Assembly: GCF_021869535.1 (NCBI RefSeq)
Contig: NW_026262581.1
Coordinates: 17,670,001-17,734,000 of the forward strand
Direction of reading: 5' to 3'
Source of the DNA: Mytilus californianus
Taxonomy: Eukaryota
DNA: 64,000 nucleotides
Shown here: piece by piece, positions 27,901-42,900 of the stretch
How the letters are laid out: the number at the start of each line of letters is the position of its first letter
Position numbering within the stretch: the first letter of the stretch is position 1
Program-made: the position numbers and the translations under genes
Notes under the pieces: generated by a model
What the model was told of the DNA's origin: nothing
What the model saw: the letters and a program-made list of their open reading frames with translations, nothing else
Database searches by the model: none

Positions 27901-30900
27901 ACTGGTTTATCTGAAGAAAAAAAACAAGTAAATTAAAAACAGTAAAAAAAACCCACTTCTTCCAGTAATTCCAGATATTCATAGATTAAAACGTGATTGT
28001 TTACAAGTGAAATATGTGTAGGTGAAGAAATGTTTTTCTCTGTTGCATTGTTTTGTCTGCTATCCTTTAAAAGATTTTTGAATGGAATTAGTCCATTTTG
28101 TTAGTTTAATTTAAAATTTATTTCAACAGAAAATTAAATTAAGTTCTGTTGCTAATAAGTGCTTCCCTTGAGTAGGGTTATCTTGAATGGAAAAAACCTC
28201 TGAGTTTTAACATATTGGGATATTAACTGTTCTGTTTGTGCCATTTGCAGTATTTTCTGTTGGCCTCATACCTGTCATTTTCAGATAATCCAATAAGTGA
28301 TTGATAGCTTATTCAATTTAAACCTTGATAATAACAAAACATAAAATTTCATTTATATAAATAATATCATAACATACCTGGTGCAACAGACATCCAATTA
28401 AGTTTCAAAACAGAAAGAAGTCTGTCAGAGTTCTGGACCTTTCCCTTGAGGTATAAAACATAAACCTTCCTGTGAGGAATACTTGTGGTATCTGTCTGTA
28501 CCTTAGGGTCTAGCTGATTGTCCAGCTTATATTTCAGTGTGGCTAATGATGTCTCCCATAGTTTTCTAGTGGTGTTATTTATTTCTAGCTTAAAGTACAG
28601 CTTTGCAATCTTAACACTGAAATTAGACATACATAACAAAAATTGTTAGTTCAGAAATCAATGCAATATTTTATCAATGCAAGATGACTATTGCCATAAA
28701 TAAATCTCACAATTTAATTGATGTTAGTAAATTTCTACTGCAATTTGTAAAGAAATCACATTAATCAGTTTGGTATTTCTGTTAGTTGTTCACTAGTCAC
28801 AATCAAAATGCCCACAGTAAATCAAGTTTTAATGATGGAAATTTGTTTTATATGTCAAATACTAATGTAAGAAAGTATTACATTTAGTTCTATGTAATCA
28901 ACTGTATAGTGTTAGCTTCAATAAGATGACATTATTTGTAAAATGTAGGACATTAAATCTTGTATGGACACAGTCCTGTACAGTTGTTTGAACTTCAAGG
29001 AAAAAACAAAGTTCAAAAAATTTGATAAGTGATTAAAGCCAGGTTTTTCCTAGTCCAGACTTATATGACAGTAATATGATATCAAAGAAAGCTATCAAAC
29101 ATGGAGAGAAGAAGGAAATTCCTTATTTTTGTCAATTATTAAATACATATCTCACCTGGTGTTAGAAGAGGACACATAGTCCTTTTTCAGTAATATATGT
29201 GTTTTAATACTCTTTAATTGATCTGAAAAATAAAAAAAATATCATTTTTTTATCATTTTTTGTGAAAACTAACTTTTATTTGACAGCTACATAGAAAGAT
29301 TGTACAAGAAAATGTTTTAAAAAACTGAACTTCTATTAACAGATAAATACTTAAGTTTTATGGATATAATCTTCTGTGGCTAAATTGATTTTCCACTGTC
29401 TAAGGATTTTGAAAAGTCTATTAGATACACTACTCTTTGCTGCACAAGTTTTGCCTCAAGATCTTAAGCTATGTGTGAGTAACTTATTTGAATCTAGCTA
29501 TAGACCAATAATATCAAGAAATTTCTTTGTGCATTGACTCACATTTTGTCATTGCAAAGCAATATACCTGTACTTAAATTCAAACAGCTTACCTTTTGTT
29601 GTATTTGCTATAGCATGATTCAGCATATTCGCAACATTGTGACTATCAGTAACTGTCATTGTATTCTCATATCTGACGCTAGCAGTAAACAATGTATTAA
29701 TTCTATATTCTGCTGCAGAATATAATTTCCCCTGAATTTTCTGCTTTTCTGCCTCTTTCCTCATTACTATGGTATCTGGTTCCATCTCCATGTCAGGGGT
29801 TACTGCCTCTCCTTCTTTATTCTCAGCATCATACAGGACAGAAGTCAAATGAGTACCAAGGTCACCTACAGATGGTTCTGTTGATATTACACGTACCAAG
29901 TATCCTGAAAGAAAAACGGTTTTTGTTATCAAATGTATGGTTGTGTTTGTATTCTAATTTTGTATTGTGTCAAATCAAATTTTTAAGACTTACCAGCTAG
30001 GTATGAAGAAAAACACACAAAAAATAATAGAATCCATACCTTATCATGCATACTGGTTGAGAACAGTTATCGTCAGTTACAAGTTACTGTCCTTATGTGT
30101 AAATACCAGTACTGCTTTTATTTTCATACAAATATTTTTAAAACTAATTTTGTTTGATCCAATTAAGACAATTAAATCCTGATTCCACTGTTCTTTCAAC
30201 ACATCTTGGGAAGATACATGTGTGGGGACATTGATGTCATCAATTTATAAAGTCTTGATTTTGATAAAACTGACTGATAAATTAATAGCAAAGGTAACTA
30301 ACTACCTTAACTAACTTTGAATAAAAAGTTTCTTTCCAAAGAATAAAAAAGATTTACTAATTTCAAAATCAATTTCTATAGTCCTCTTCAATGCAGTGTA
30401 ACTTGTCAGTGGCAGATCCAGAGGGGGGCACTGACTGCCACAAAAGAGGGGTTCCCCCCCTGGATCTGCCTATGTTTGTTGATTTTAGATGACATAAATT
30501 CAAGATTAGTTCGGATTCAGTGTATTAGTAGTTTATCGAAGAAATTAAAGTCACTCTGAAAATGGTCATAAAGTTACCTTTTGGTAACACTTAATTTTCA
30601 TTATTAGAAAAAATATTTCAAAAAGCAGTTCCTGTTAAAAGTTGTTTTCTAAAAACCTTAACTTTGTAAGGGTAACTGGTACTGGATCAGTACAGTTTGA
30701 TGCAATTTTTGTTATAAATAAAAAATATATTCTTGTCAAAAAAAAAATATTTTGCAAACTACCTATCAGTAAATATTCATTTTTTAATTCTTTTAAGATT
30801 TAGGACACATGCAATTAACACAGGAGTTTAAATATCCCCTTAATATTTTTTTTTTGTTGATGAAATTCAAAAGAGAATCTGAAATATTTCTTGATTGTTT

Positions 30901-33900
30901 TATTTACCTTAAATCATTATGAATTTCCAGCAAGCTGATGAATAAGAAAGAAGATCTCAACTTTGGCCTTTTTCACAAGGTTTTCATACAGACAGAGATT
31001 ATCTACTTCCATAATTTTCAAATTTAAATATGATTTTTTTGGCAAAAGAAAAGAAGATTACCCAAGTTTGAAGCATTCCAAGCATTCTCCAGTAGTGTCT
31101 TTATAATTGTCTTGTTGATTGGAATATGTTGAGACTGCAGTACCAACTTGAAACACAAACTGTACCTGGTCACATGTTTCTTCCCTGGAAACACCTGTAC
31201 CTCAGGTATGACCATCTTGGTGTAATTGACAGGTTCAGTCAGAGTTGGGTATAGCATATTTCCATCAGCAGTAACGATAAACGTGAATGTTGTCAATGAT
31301 TTTCTAAAAACATAAAATTAAATTTCTAAAGGAGATCTACATTCTTATGGTTTGCTATCAAAATAAAGCAAGATAAGACAATTTTAAAACCAATGCAAAT
31401 TCATATTTATAGACAACATTTTTCTTTTCTTCAGAAATTAATTTTTCTAAATCATAATTATTCAATACTGAATTCTTTAAAAGTAATTTGACCTGAGGTC
31501 GAAGTTTCGGCAAGAAGCTTATTTGCCAAGGATAGGAAATATACTTACCCAGTCAAATCCTCAAACGTATTTTCTCTTGATACTGAAGACAACTCTACAT
31601 TGCTATAAGCTGCAAAATAAAACAATAATATCTCCTATCTTAAGACAACTAGAACATAACATAATCAGGATAAAATTCCTGCCACACATTTAAAAATTAT
31701 ACCTTCAGGCTTACTATTTTCCTCTTTACACGTTAATGTTTGTAGTGTGAAGTCACTTCGCTCACTGTCTATCCCCTCAGGTTTAAATATTCTATCAGAA
31801 GAACCTAAGAAAGCTTCAAATTCACTAGCAAAAGCAATTGCCTGAATAAATGTTTGTGGATAGTGAAATTGAACGTGATTTTTTAACTCGTGATTGTTTA
31901 ACCCGTGAATGTACTGATCTAATACAGTTGGTTCTATATCAGAACATTTTAAAGTTGGATAGGCTTTCTGTGCTGACCTACGGAGCCTTAATTAACCGTA
32001 GTCTGCGACATACTTAAAGGAGTAGGGGTAAGGGCCGATTTTGGCCTCAAACTTCAGGTTCATCTGATGAAAGATTTTGGACACTTTTTAAACACTTAAG
32101 TGTCTACTTCAGTCGATTCAATTACTTTATGTGAAAGATTTGAGCTGATTTAGTCATTAAAGACGTTCAAATTCAAGCTTAAATATGAAATATGCCATAA
32201 TATGTCACTTTTCAGATGGTTTTAGTCAAAACTGAAAGTGGCCGCATCCGTGTTCATTCTCAACCTTTATATATGTTATGTATTATCATCAAATACAACT
32301 TACATTTAAATATTAAGAATGAACACATATGCAGCCACTTCCATTTAAGATGGAAACCGTCTAAAAATTACCTCAAATGCTAAAATTGTGAAGATTTCAG
32401 TAAATTAGCATGACTTAATGATGCTAGTACCCGAAACATGTGCATTGTATTGTCAAAGACAGCCCATATTTATGTAACAGAAGAATTCTACTTTCCAATA
32501 ATTAGCTAACAGTTTACATTTTAACAATTTTGTAAAACTGCTATATTTTGAGGCCAAAAAGGGGTCTTACTGGGCCTACTCCTTTATTCTGCTTTATATG
32601 AATAGTGTACCTTCAGAATTATATATGCTAAACAACAAATATTTCTACTGTAGATTTTCTGATCACACAGCATTTCAGTGCTTACTGTATAAATTGTTGA
32701 ATTTATTGATTCGCCTGGATTCGTTGCTGCTCAACTTTATGTGGCAAATATTGGGCCTTGGACATGTATTTTAAATATTTCGCTTGACAAACAAAATAGG
32801 TAAAAATGTAAGACCAGACTTGTTTCTTCCAATTAAATTTACATTCTGCATGCAAGATAGTATAACCAACTGCATGGTAACATATGAATGAATAAAGGAG
32901 ATGGAACATAAATGAGACAATGACACAACAAAATAAATTAACCCAATAGATTTCTATAAATATATAAGGATCTCATATATATATGACAAATATCAGTACA
33001 TACCTGTTACATTTTCCCAGTATAGCTTAACATGGTTCATCAATGATAACTTTTTATCGTTTGGAACAATTCCAAAGAAATGAACTTGGAACAAATCTGA
33101 GTATGACACAGCACTGATGTCAGATTCCATAACAGTGTACTCTTGTTGCCGTGGTGAAGTAAAGTTGATTTCCTGCTGTAGATCTTGCTTACTCATGCTC
33201 CCTTCCTCAGCAGCATTCAATATATTTCCACTGACATTTACAATGTAATTATATCTCCATACTGTTTTGCTTAAAAAATACAGTAAAATTTCATAGTTTG
33301 AAATTACTACTAGTAATACTAATTAGAAGACATGATGATAATTTTTCTAATAATTTTCATTTTTTAAATACAAAAGGCTGTCAGATTGACAGCAAACTGG
33401 ATTTTCCTGCATGAAATGATATTTGCTAATCCTGTCCCCAAACAGGATCAATTAAAAAAAAAATAAATGAATTTTTGTAGGGTTTAGAAATGGAAAGTCC
33501 AAAATCACTCTGAGTATCACTTTTTGCTACTAAAAGGTCTAAAACTCAACAACGAAAAAAGCATATATATCATGAAAACTGAAACCTGACCTTTATTTAG
33601 TCACAGGAAACAGCACATCTAAATTTGAAAAGATTTCGTTGAAGTGTTTTCAGGTTATTGCATGGACAACGCTCTAAGTATCACTTTTCGCTACTTAAAG
33701 GTCTACAACTCAAAAACAATAACAGCTAAAATCGTGAAAATCGAACTTGACCTTCATTTAGTCACAGGAAACAACATATCTAAATTTGAAAAGATTTCGT
33801 CCAAGAGTTTTCAGGTTATCACATGAACAATGCTCTAAGTATCACTTTTCGCTACTTTTAGGGTCTACAACTCAACAATGATAAAAGCTAAAATCATGAA

Positions 33901-36900
33901 AATCATACTTGACCTTCATTTAGTCACAAAAAAACAACGTATCTAAATTTGAAAAAATTTCATCAAAGCATTTTCAAGTTATTGCACAGCCACTGTTTGG
34001 TAACCGCCCACAGTACATCACCGAACAAATAACCAATAATCCGTTTAAAAATGGAAAACTGATTCATCTGAAATATTCCCAATTCTTTAAATACAATGAA
34101 TAAATCATTCAAAATCTGTCTATGATTTAAGATTTAAAATCTTATCTTGTTAGAATATAAATAATTGTTTAATATTCTGTTGTAGTAAAGCGATTTATTG
34201 AGTCTTATTTAATATCAACATTTTAGTACTTATTTTAAATGTAATCATGCTTATCTACCTTGAATTTGACACTGTTGCAACAACTTTCTGTTCGTTGAAC
34301 ACTACTAGTTTAACATCGTCAACATTGGCAGCTGTAAATAAATCATTTTAAACATGTTATAATCATTTTTGTATTGGCATCGGTCAGTAGTACATGTACT
34401 GGAAGGATGGAAACACAAATCTGGACCCAAATTTAAAATATTTTTCAATACTGTAAATTCAGAAATTATTGCGAGGTTTTTATTATTGCGACAAATGTGA
34501 CAGAGTTGTAAACGCAATAATTTAAACTCGCATTTTGAAATATTTTATATGAACTAAACAGGATTTTTCTCAAAATCGTAAAAATTAAAATTGCATTTAA
34601 GTCTAAAATGACAAAATCGCAATAATAAATGCACGCAATAATTTCTGAATTTACAGTAGCAACAGCCTCATAATAATTTTTTTCTGAATTTACACTTTAG
34701 TATCATTGAAAATGTCTAGTAACAGCAAAGATTGATTTCTCTAAATTTTTTTATATAAAATCATTTCCATCTATTTTCTCAAAAAATATTTACAAAAAGT
34801 TTGACATTTAAGGGAAAAATTTCACAGTTTCTGCATCTTTTTCATTCATCTCAATTACATTTATCAACACCTTTCGGGCTATGATGTACATGTACTTTCT
34901 AAAATCTTGGCATCTAAATTCCCCAACTGCATTCCATTCTTTCTATTACATAGACCTTCATTAAACAAATATCAATAGACAAAATATTGTCCACTTGATT
35001 GGAGAAATAAGAAGCTTTTATAAATGTAAATCAAAGTCACATGTCAAATACTGTTTCTGCTAATAAATACCTTTAACTCTCTTTGCTAAAGTCTGTTTAA
35101 CAACACTATGAAATTTCTCTTTATCCACATTATAAATTCTCCTGTTGATCATCACTTTAAAAGCCTGGGTTATTCTGTAAGTTTGATGAGCATCCACATC
35201 CTTAGGAAAATATGGCTCTGATAGTGGATTAGTTACAACCACATCGGTGGTTTCCTTATACGATGGAGTAGCATCATACTGACTGTTTACTATTGTACCA
35301 TCTGTTGTTGTTATATGGTATGAAAGCTCCCAAAGTGTGTTACTGCAATAGTTTATATGATACATTAAAATAAACAAGAGGCTCTCAAGAGCCTGAATCG
35401 CTCACCTGTATTTCAGAGGAGAAGATTTTTAAATGTAAGCAAACTTGATGAACAAATTGTGTAAAATTGTCTTTAAAGGGCAATAACTCCTTAAGGGGTC
35501 AATTGACAATTATGGTCATATTAACTTTTTTGTAGATCTTACTTTGCCATACATTATTGCTGCTTACAGTTTATATATATCTATAATAATATTCAAAATA
35601 ATAACAAAAAACTGCAAAATTTTGTTAAAACTACCAATTCGGTGGCAGCAACCCAACAATGGGTTGTTCGATTTGTCTGAAAATTTCAGGGCAGATAGAT
35701 CTTGACCAATTAAACAACTTTACCCCTGTAACATTTGCTCTAAAAGATTTAGTTTTTGAGATATAAGCCAAAAACTGCATTTGACCCTTTTGTTCTATTT
35801 TTAGCCATGGCGGCCATGTTTGTCGATGGATACAAACTTCGGATACAATTTATAAACAAGATACCCTAAGGAACATTTAGTTAAAGTTTGAAGGTAATTG
35901 GCCCAGTAGTTTGAGAGGAGAAGATTTTTAAATGTAAGCAAACTTGATTAACAAATTGTGTAAAATTGTCTTTAAAGGGCAATAACTCCTTAAGGGGTCA
36001 ATTGACAATTATGGTCATATCAACTTTTTTGTAGATCTTACTTTGCCGAACATTATTGCTGCTTACAGTTTATATATATCTATAATAATATTCAAAATAA
36101 CAACAAAAAACTGCAAAATTTTGTTAAAACTACCAATTCGGTGGCAGCAACCCAACAATGGGTTGTTCGATTCGTCTGAAGATTTCAGAGCTGATAGATC
36201 TTGACCAATTGAACAATTTTACCCCTTCGTCAGATTTGCTCTTAAAGCTTTAGTTTTTGAGATATAAGCCAAAAACTGCATTTGACCCCTATGTTCTATT
36301 TTTAGCCATGGCGGCCATGTTTGTCGATGGATCAAAACTTTGGATACACTTTATAAACTAGATACCCTAAGGTACATTTAGTTAAAGTTTGAAGGTATTT
36401 GGCCCAGTAGTTACAGAGGGGAAGATTTTTGAAATAGTTTAGGACGACGACAGACGCCAAGTGATGGCATAAGCTCACATGGGGCCCTTCGGGCCCCGGT
36501 GAGCTAAAAAATAAGGAGATATGGAATGATTGCCAATGAGACATTATCCACCAGAACTCAAATGACATAGTAGTAAAAGATCTTTATCAAAGATTTGTCA
36601 TAAAACTAGGGCTCAAGGGAGACTACTGTACTTCCAGAAATCTTTGCGATGTTTATTTAAGAAATGAATGCTTCTTTTTGTAATTTTATTGGATAGTAAA
36701 AGTGTTGACCGAAGCACATTTTGTGTGCACAATCAACACTTTTACAACCCTATTAAATTACTAAAAGAAGCATTCATCTCTTATAATTACATTTTTAAGA
36801 CCATGAAAAAAAGTTTAATCAAGTTTTTCATTTATTTACCTGTGCATTTTTTTTGTGGAAGCACGTGTCATCACGTCATCACGAATGTAACATTTCATTT

Positions 36901-39900
36901 TCGATATGAAGGTTAATTTTTGAATGACCCGCGATTGTTGTTAGTCAATCAAACCAAAGGATTCTACGGAAACATACATGTAATGTAATTATCTAATTGT
37001 GAATCTTGACAGGATAGGCTTGGTAAAAAAAAAATGTTATTTACATGTATGAAGCATGTCCAAAAATCTGTATTTTTTATCTTTCATTTTAGTCTATTGT
37101 GCAACAATTGCAATAAGTGCACTAAAAAATATCTGAATTTACAGTATACTGATCATCTGGCAGCATTGTGATATACAAATTAAATTTTGAGTCATTTATG
37201 TTTTTTGGATCCTTAACAGGTTGCAACAAAATATTTATTTCCCACAATAGTACACTATTATTGACTATTTTTATTAAATCAAGAAAATCACAGCTTCTGT
37301 TAATAATGTATTTTTGGCAGCAATATACTTATATAATTTGTTTAAAGGGTCGTATAACAAACAACATTCAAATTAACATCAAAATAGTAAAATTTAAATC
37401 ACGGATGGATACCCATATCCTTTCTTTTCTATTATACATGTACATGTATAAAACAATAGATCCTACCAATTAATTGAACTTGATTTCACATATATAGACA
37501 GGTTTTTCCAATTATCTGCCTTTAGTTTGTGACGTGACTCAAAGGCGTCCTTGTAGTAGTAATCGCCATTACAACCGTGAAAAAAATGTAAACAAGATAT
37601 ACATCTATTTCCCAGACCGCATATAATTACCGTAAACACAAGAAAGTGAAGCGTACTTGACCTCGGCAAAATTAGAGAATAAATAATAAAGTAATTAGAT
37701 AAGGAATGGACATTAAAATTATAAGTGTATTGCAGCCCTGGAGTAGTGTCATTAAAATATATAACTCACGGTATTTGATACGTTACACCCGGGACATAAT
37801 ATATACGAATACTAATTCCAGGTTAAATATCGATTATAATCATTTGGTAATCATAATATTGATTATTATAACACATACATAAATACATTAAATTGTCTTG
37901 CCGGGTCGAATGTGATATATCAGAAAAACCAGCTGCAATTTTATCAAACTCATAGAAATTTCTGTGGTCAGACCTATAATGAGGCAGTCCTAAACTTCAA
38001 CAATCCTCTAATCAGACGGTCCTATAATTCGACAGCCCGTTTTCTCCAGTGTGCGGTTACTTACATCTTATGAAAAAAATATATACCTATAGACATGTAC
38101 CGTTTGATGATAAACTTTTTCACAGAAAAGATTTTTTTGCTTGTGGTTCGACTCATGTATACTGCTCAAAATTGAGTGACACTTTCGTATCACTTTTGTC
38201 TCCGCATGAATTTAGTTATAAGGTGTTCGATTCCAATTTCTTTTGCAGAAAAATTACTTGACATAAAACAACTAGTATGCATAGTATAAAATCATGCGTC
38301 GGCCCGTGCTAAAAATAAATGCATGTCATTAAACCACAAGACGCAAACGTGTAAATTAAAAGCAATGATTAGTTATATGTTTTAAAAACGTCCTTTAGTG
38401 TTTTGCCAACTCCCCCTCCCCACCAACCCAAAACAGAGGTCTCGTATATTGTCATCCTGAATCAGTCCCAGGTGTATAAAATACAGTGAAATACAGTATT
38501 ACAGTATTACATTAGGGATGTATATTGGACCATCAGACTACTGAACTGTCGGAATTTCAGATCATCGGATTATGGCTAGGCTTCCAAAGGTTCTGGTAAA
38601 CTATTTGATTACCAAGACCTTTGAAAAATCCTTTCTAATGTGTAAAATTTTATAATTCATGCACAGAATAATCGACTGAGGAAAGTTCAAATCAAGTATC
38701 AACAGAAAAAACTATATACGTTGTATAAAGACAGCAAAGTGAATATATACTTTAAGCACACATGCCTTCATACAGTTGAACCTCGTTGTGTCGAAATTGA
38801 AGGGACCGCACCAAAGTATTCGACACATCCTAGGTTCGACTCATCCGAGGTCGAGTGTGTCGTCATAAATTTGGAAAGCATGAAATACGGTATGATTTGT
38901 GTAAACTATATATATATAGCTAGATACAATGAACAGTGTGCCTTTTTTTCGATATGACACTTTATGATTGTGTATTCATTCTCCATTTTTGGTCCTTCAT
39001 AATTACTAAACACACAAGTACAGATACAAATCATGCACAAATAAAATCAATAGTCTACACAAATATTTACAAAGGTCAGTCACTATAAATTATGAAATCA
39101 CTCGCGGAACGAATTAAGTTATGAACGGTCTCTGATGAGCCAGAGGTCGTCTGCTTTACATTAAATTATCATGAATTTATCATAATTGTCCTAATCCTTT
39201 TATTTATTTAATCAATGAGTTTTAAATCTAACGATTCATTTAATCTCGGCTTGGGTCATTTAAATTCTTTTTGTTTTTATCTGATGTGAAAAATGTTCAA
39301 CACACTAACATTCCACTTGAACAATCAACCAAAGGTGTTAATTACCGGTCACCATAAAGCCTTTTAACTGTTATACAAACAAGTATGTTTACTCAGTTTA
39401 ATCTCTTGGAAAATGATTAGGTTACATAAGAAATACATCCGATTTGAATTTTTATCATTAGGTTTGCATCTTGTGGAAATTCTTACTTTCCAACTTCGAG
39501 TCATCGGGGTCAATTTACATGAATTTTACATCGACGGGACTATAAAATTTACTCGACTTAACCGAGTATTCGAATCAACCGAGTTCGACTCATCAGAGGT
39601 AATTATACATTGATCTAACGGGAATTTTACCGGGACTGAGAAATTACTTCGACTCATCCGAGTTTTCGACACAACCGAGTTCGACACAACGAGGTTCGAC
39701 TGTATATGGACCAATAGGACGAGGTTTATAGAGAAGTGCCCTTAATAGAAAGTTTTGCTGGGATTTGTCTATGGATGCAGCTGTTTGTAAAACCTTTATG
39801 TTTTTCAGCAAGAATTGGCACCCAGGAATAAAAAAGTTTACAAGCCTTACTTTTTGAAATATGAAAGCGCCATCCCAAATAACCAAATATCGAACTAAGT

Positions 39901-42900
39901 GTTAACCTCATCAGTACGATCGAGCAACAGCTGATCTGCAATATTGCAGTTAAAAATTAATTATGTTGTTATTCCACTAAATAATAGAAAACTTAGTTAC
40001 ATAAGTATACAATAAGGCGTAACTGTCATTCATAATATGTCTATACGCTGACGAGGTTTCCCACTTTTATTCAATTTTGAACTCCTTACTTCTCTGTTAA
40101 CAATATGTTTGTCTGAGTTAATGTTGTTGGAACGTCTGTTCATTTTGCAGCATAAAGATAGTCGTCATGTATAAAAAAAAGTTCGTCTCTTCATACTTGG
40201 TTGATTTGCATCCAATTCTAACTTCATGCATGTATATAGCCTCGAGGTAGGTTTCATTGTTATTATCTAAAGAAATGTACAGGAACGGATTTAGGGGGGT
40301 ACCTGGGCCCCCTTATGCAGTTTCATTCATGGTTAATCCAGACTTTTTTCCGCTTCCACTATAAATTGTGTCTTGTTTGGGGACCCCCCCCCCCTTTTTT
40401 TCAAAACCCTGGATCCGCATCTGATGTGTAGATATTCTATACAAACAGAGGCAGATGAACTGTAATCATCGGATTAATTTTCATAGATAATTTAAGTTTT
40501 TTACAGTCGTTTGACGGCGTGTCAACATTCGTCTGCCAGAGTAATTTTACTTATCAAAAAAAATGGATTGTGTGCAGTCGGAACAACTTGTATAATTCAC
40601 ATAATTTATTTATTGATTTTTTCAACATCTGAGATTTTCTACGATTATTTGTACAATTATTAACTGCACAAGAAATGTCTCTACCTTTTTTTTTATAACT
40701 TTCGGCAGTATCCATAGTGAAATAAATAAGAAAATGAAGGAAATACAAATGTAAACAGAAAATCGATAATGTTTTGATCAATACACGTGCGTTATTTTTC
40801 ACGGTTGTAATGGCAGATCGGTCATGTGAGACGTTAATGGACGCGCCCTTGTTTTCTAGGTCAATTATAGATGAACCCGTCTATATATATCATAACTGCT
40901 GGAAGTAAATTACAGCCAACAATTAATTTAATAAATTCAATGAGTTGTCCTTTATTGTTAAAACATTTTAAAAATGTTTATAAAAATGCTTATAATTCTG
41001 TTAAAATGTCATTACCTGGTACTATAAAATGTTTCTTCTTGCTTCAAAACTTGAACACTCTTTACCTTTGTACCTGAAATGTAAAAGAATGTTCATTCAC
41101 CTCCTTATTGATAAGAATTATACTCTTTTCAAGCTTTACATTAATATACAAGTTACATCTTATTGTTAAACATGTCTTCTTATTTTTCTTACAGTTGAGG
41201 AACTGGATTCAAATGCTAATGTGCTTGGTTTCGCACTAAAAGTGTGCATAGTGTCGGGCAACACAGAAAGTTCCATCTTTGCTATTTACATTTAAATTTT
41301 TTTTTTTAAAACATGTACTTCTTTTGGTTTATGCTAAATCAGGCTCCTTAATCTTCAGTTGTGACATTACAAAACTTATATAATCTAATTCCAAACATAT
41401 ATATTGGCTTGTTCTTTTTTTGTTGTTGCCATTACACATTTTAATTAACCAGAAAAGACATTTCAGTCATATGCCAATAGAATGCTGTTTCTTGAGATTT
41501 CTGTTTTGTATCATTATACAGACAAAGAAATTTCTACATGTTAAAACAATCAATTACCGGTACCTATTTTTTTCTTCCATAACACAGTAAGCTTATCTCC
41601 CACTTTATTAAGGTCTGAATCTGCAATTCTCTGAGCAAAATGTATGCTAAACAAATTACTGTATTCAAATACAGTCTCTGTTGTGTTGCTGACTAATTTC
41701 CCGTAAAGCATACTACTTCCTGTTCTGGTTACATTTAAGTCTGTTTGTAAAGTGCTATTTGTAACACTATCTACTTGAACTGGACTCACTGTTACATTGT
41801 TGGAAGTAATTTTATACCATAATCTCCACAATGATAATCTAAAAATAAGTAACATGTATAAATTCATGGTTAAGCAACATTTAACGTCAGAATTAGTTTT
41901 TGCACTGAAAAAAAAGGCTGATAGAAACTTATGAATTATTTATATGACAAGAAATGGTAACCTTTATATTGAAGATTTGTAAATTTTTATCTGAGATTTG
42001 AACTTCTGAGCTTGAAGTTTCAAATTTCATACTTTTTCAATGAAAATACATTCTATCCCAAAACTATAGTTAGAGAATGACAATCTTCAGATGCTGAACA
42101 TAAACATATGCATAGTCAACTAGATCAAGTTTCCAAGTACTGACAGCTTACTACAGGTTTTGTTTTCATATTGTTTTTCCATTTGCCAAGACCCCTGTCT
42201 GTCCTTTAAAAAAGGTTTGCATAGTGTTTCCCATAGTGGGAAATATCTGTTAAGATGTTGATCAAGATTTTTAGACAATAGTAACATTGTGAAAGAGTAT
42301 TTTTTAGGCATCAACAAGATTGGATTGTGAAAAACAAAATCAGTTCCATATCAGAAAACCATTAAAAATATCAGTATTTAAACAATCTTAATAGTTAATC
42401 ACAAACTTGATGTCAACGGGAATTTTGGATCCAATTTAGAGGATTTTATCTATTGGAATGGTGCTGAAAATCTATCTCTATTGTTATCTTCCCATTTCAA
42501 ACATAATTATAGATACATACCTAGTACTTGAAACCATTTCTTCTTGGTGAACTATTTCTGTTTTGGTTTGTTTCAAATCTGAAATGTATAGAGTATAGAT
42601 ATAATAAGCTACTAGTTTGATATCAGTTGATTTTCGGTTCATAGGTGAATAATGAAGACTTACAAATCAAATTTACTTTCCCTTCTACTTGACTGACTTT
42701 TTGTGGAATTCATGTAGATATTTATCATTTATGGTGATCAACAGTTGTCATTCTGGTTAACCATTTCCAATTCAACAAAATAATAAATAAATATATTTAT
42801 ACAATTCGTCATGTTAGCCACAATTTAAACACATAAACACAGTGTTGTCAGTGTTTTTCCTTGATACATCTCACCTTCATTAAATGTCCAAGAAATGTAA

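Noticed and set aside
28270-28323. Possible extra exon after E30 ending at ACAG|gtatga
   Set aside because: In-frame TGA after three codons and an implausibly short upstream intron.
37463-37669. ORF with a hydrophobic N-terminus resembling a signal peptide
   Set aside because: Non-ATG start, no family motif and no phase-compatible link to neighbouring exons.
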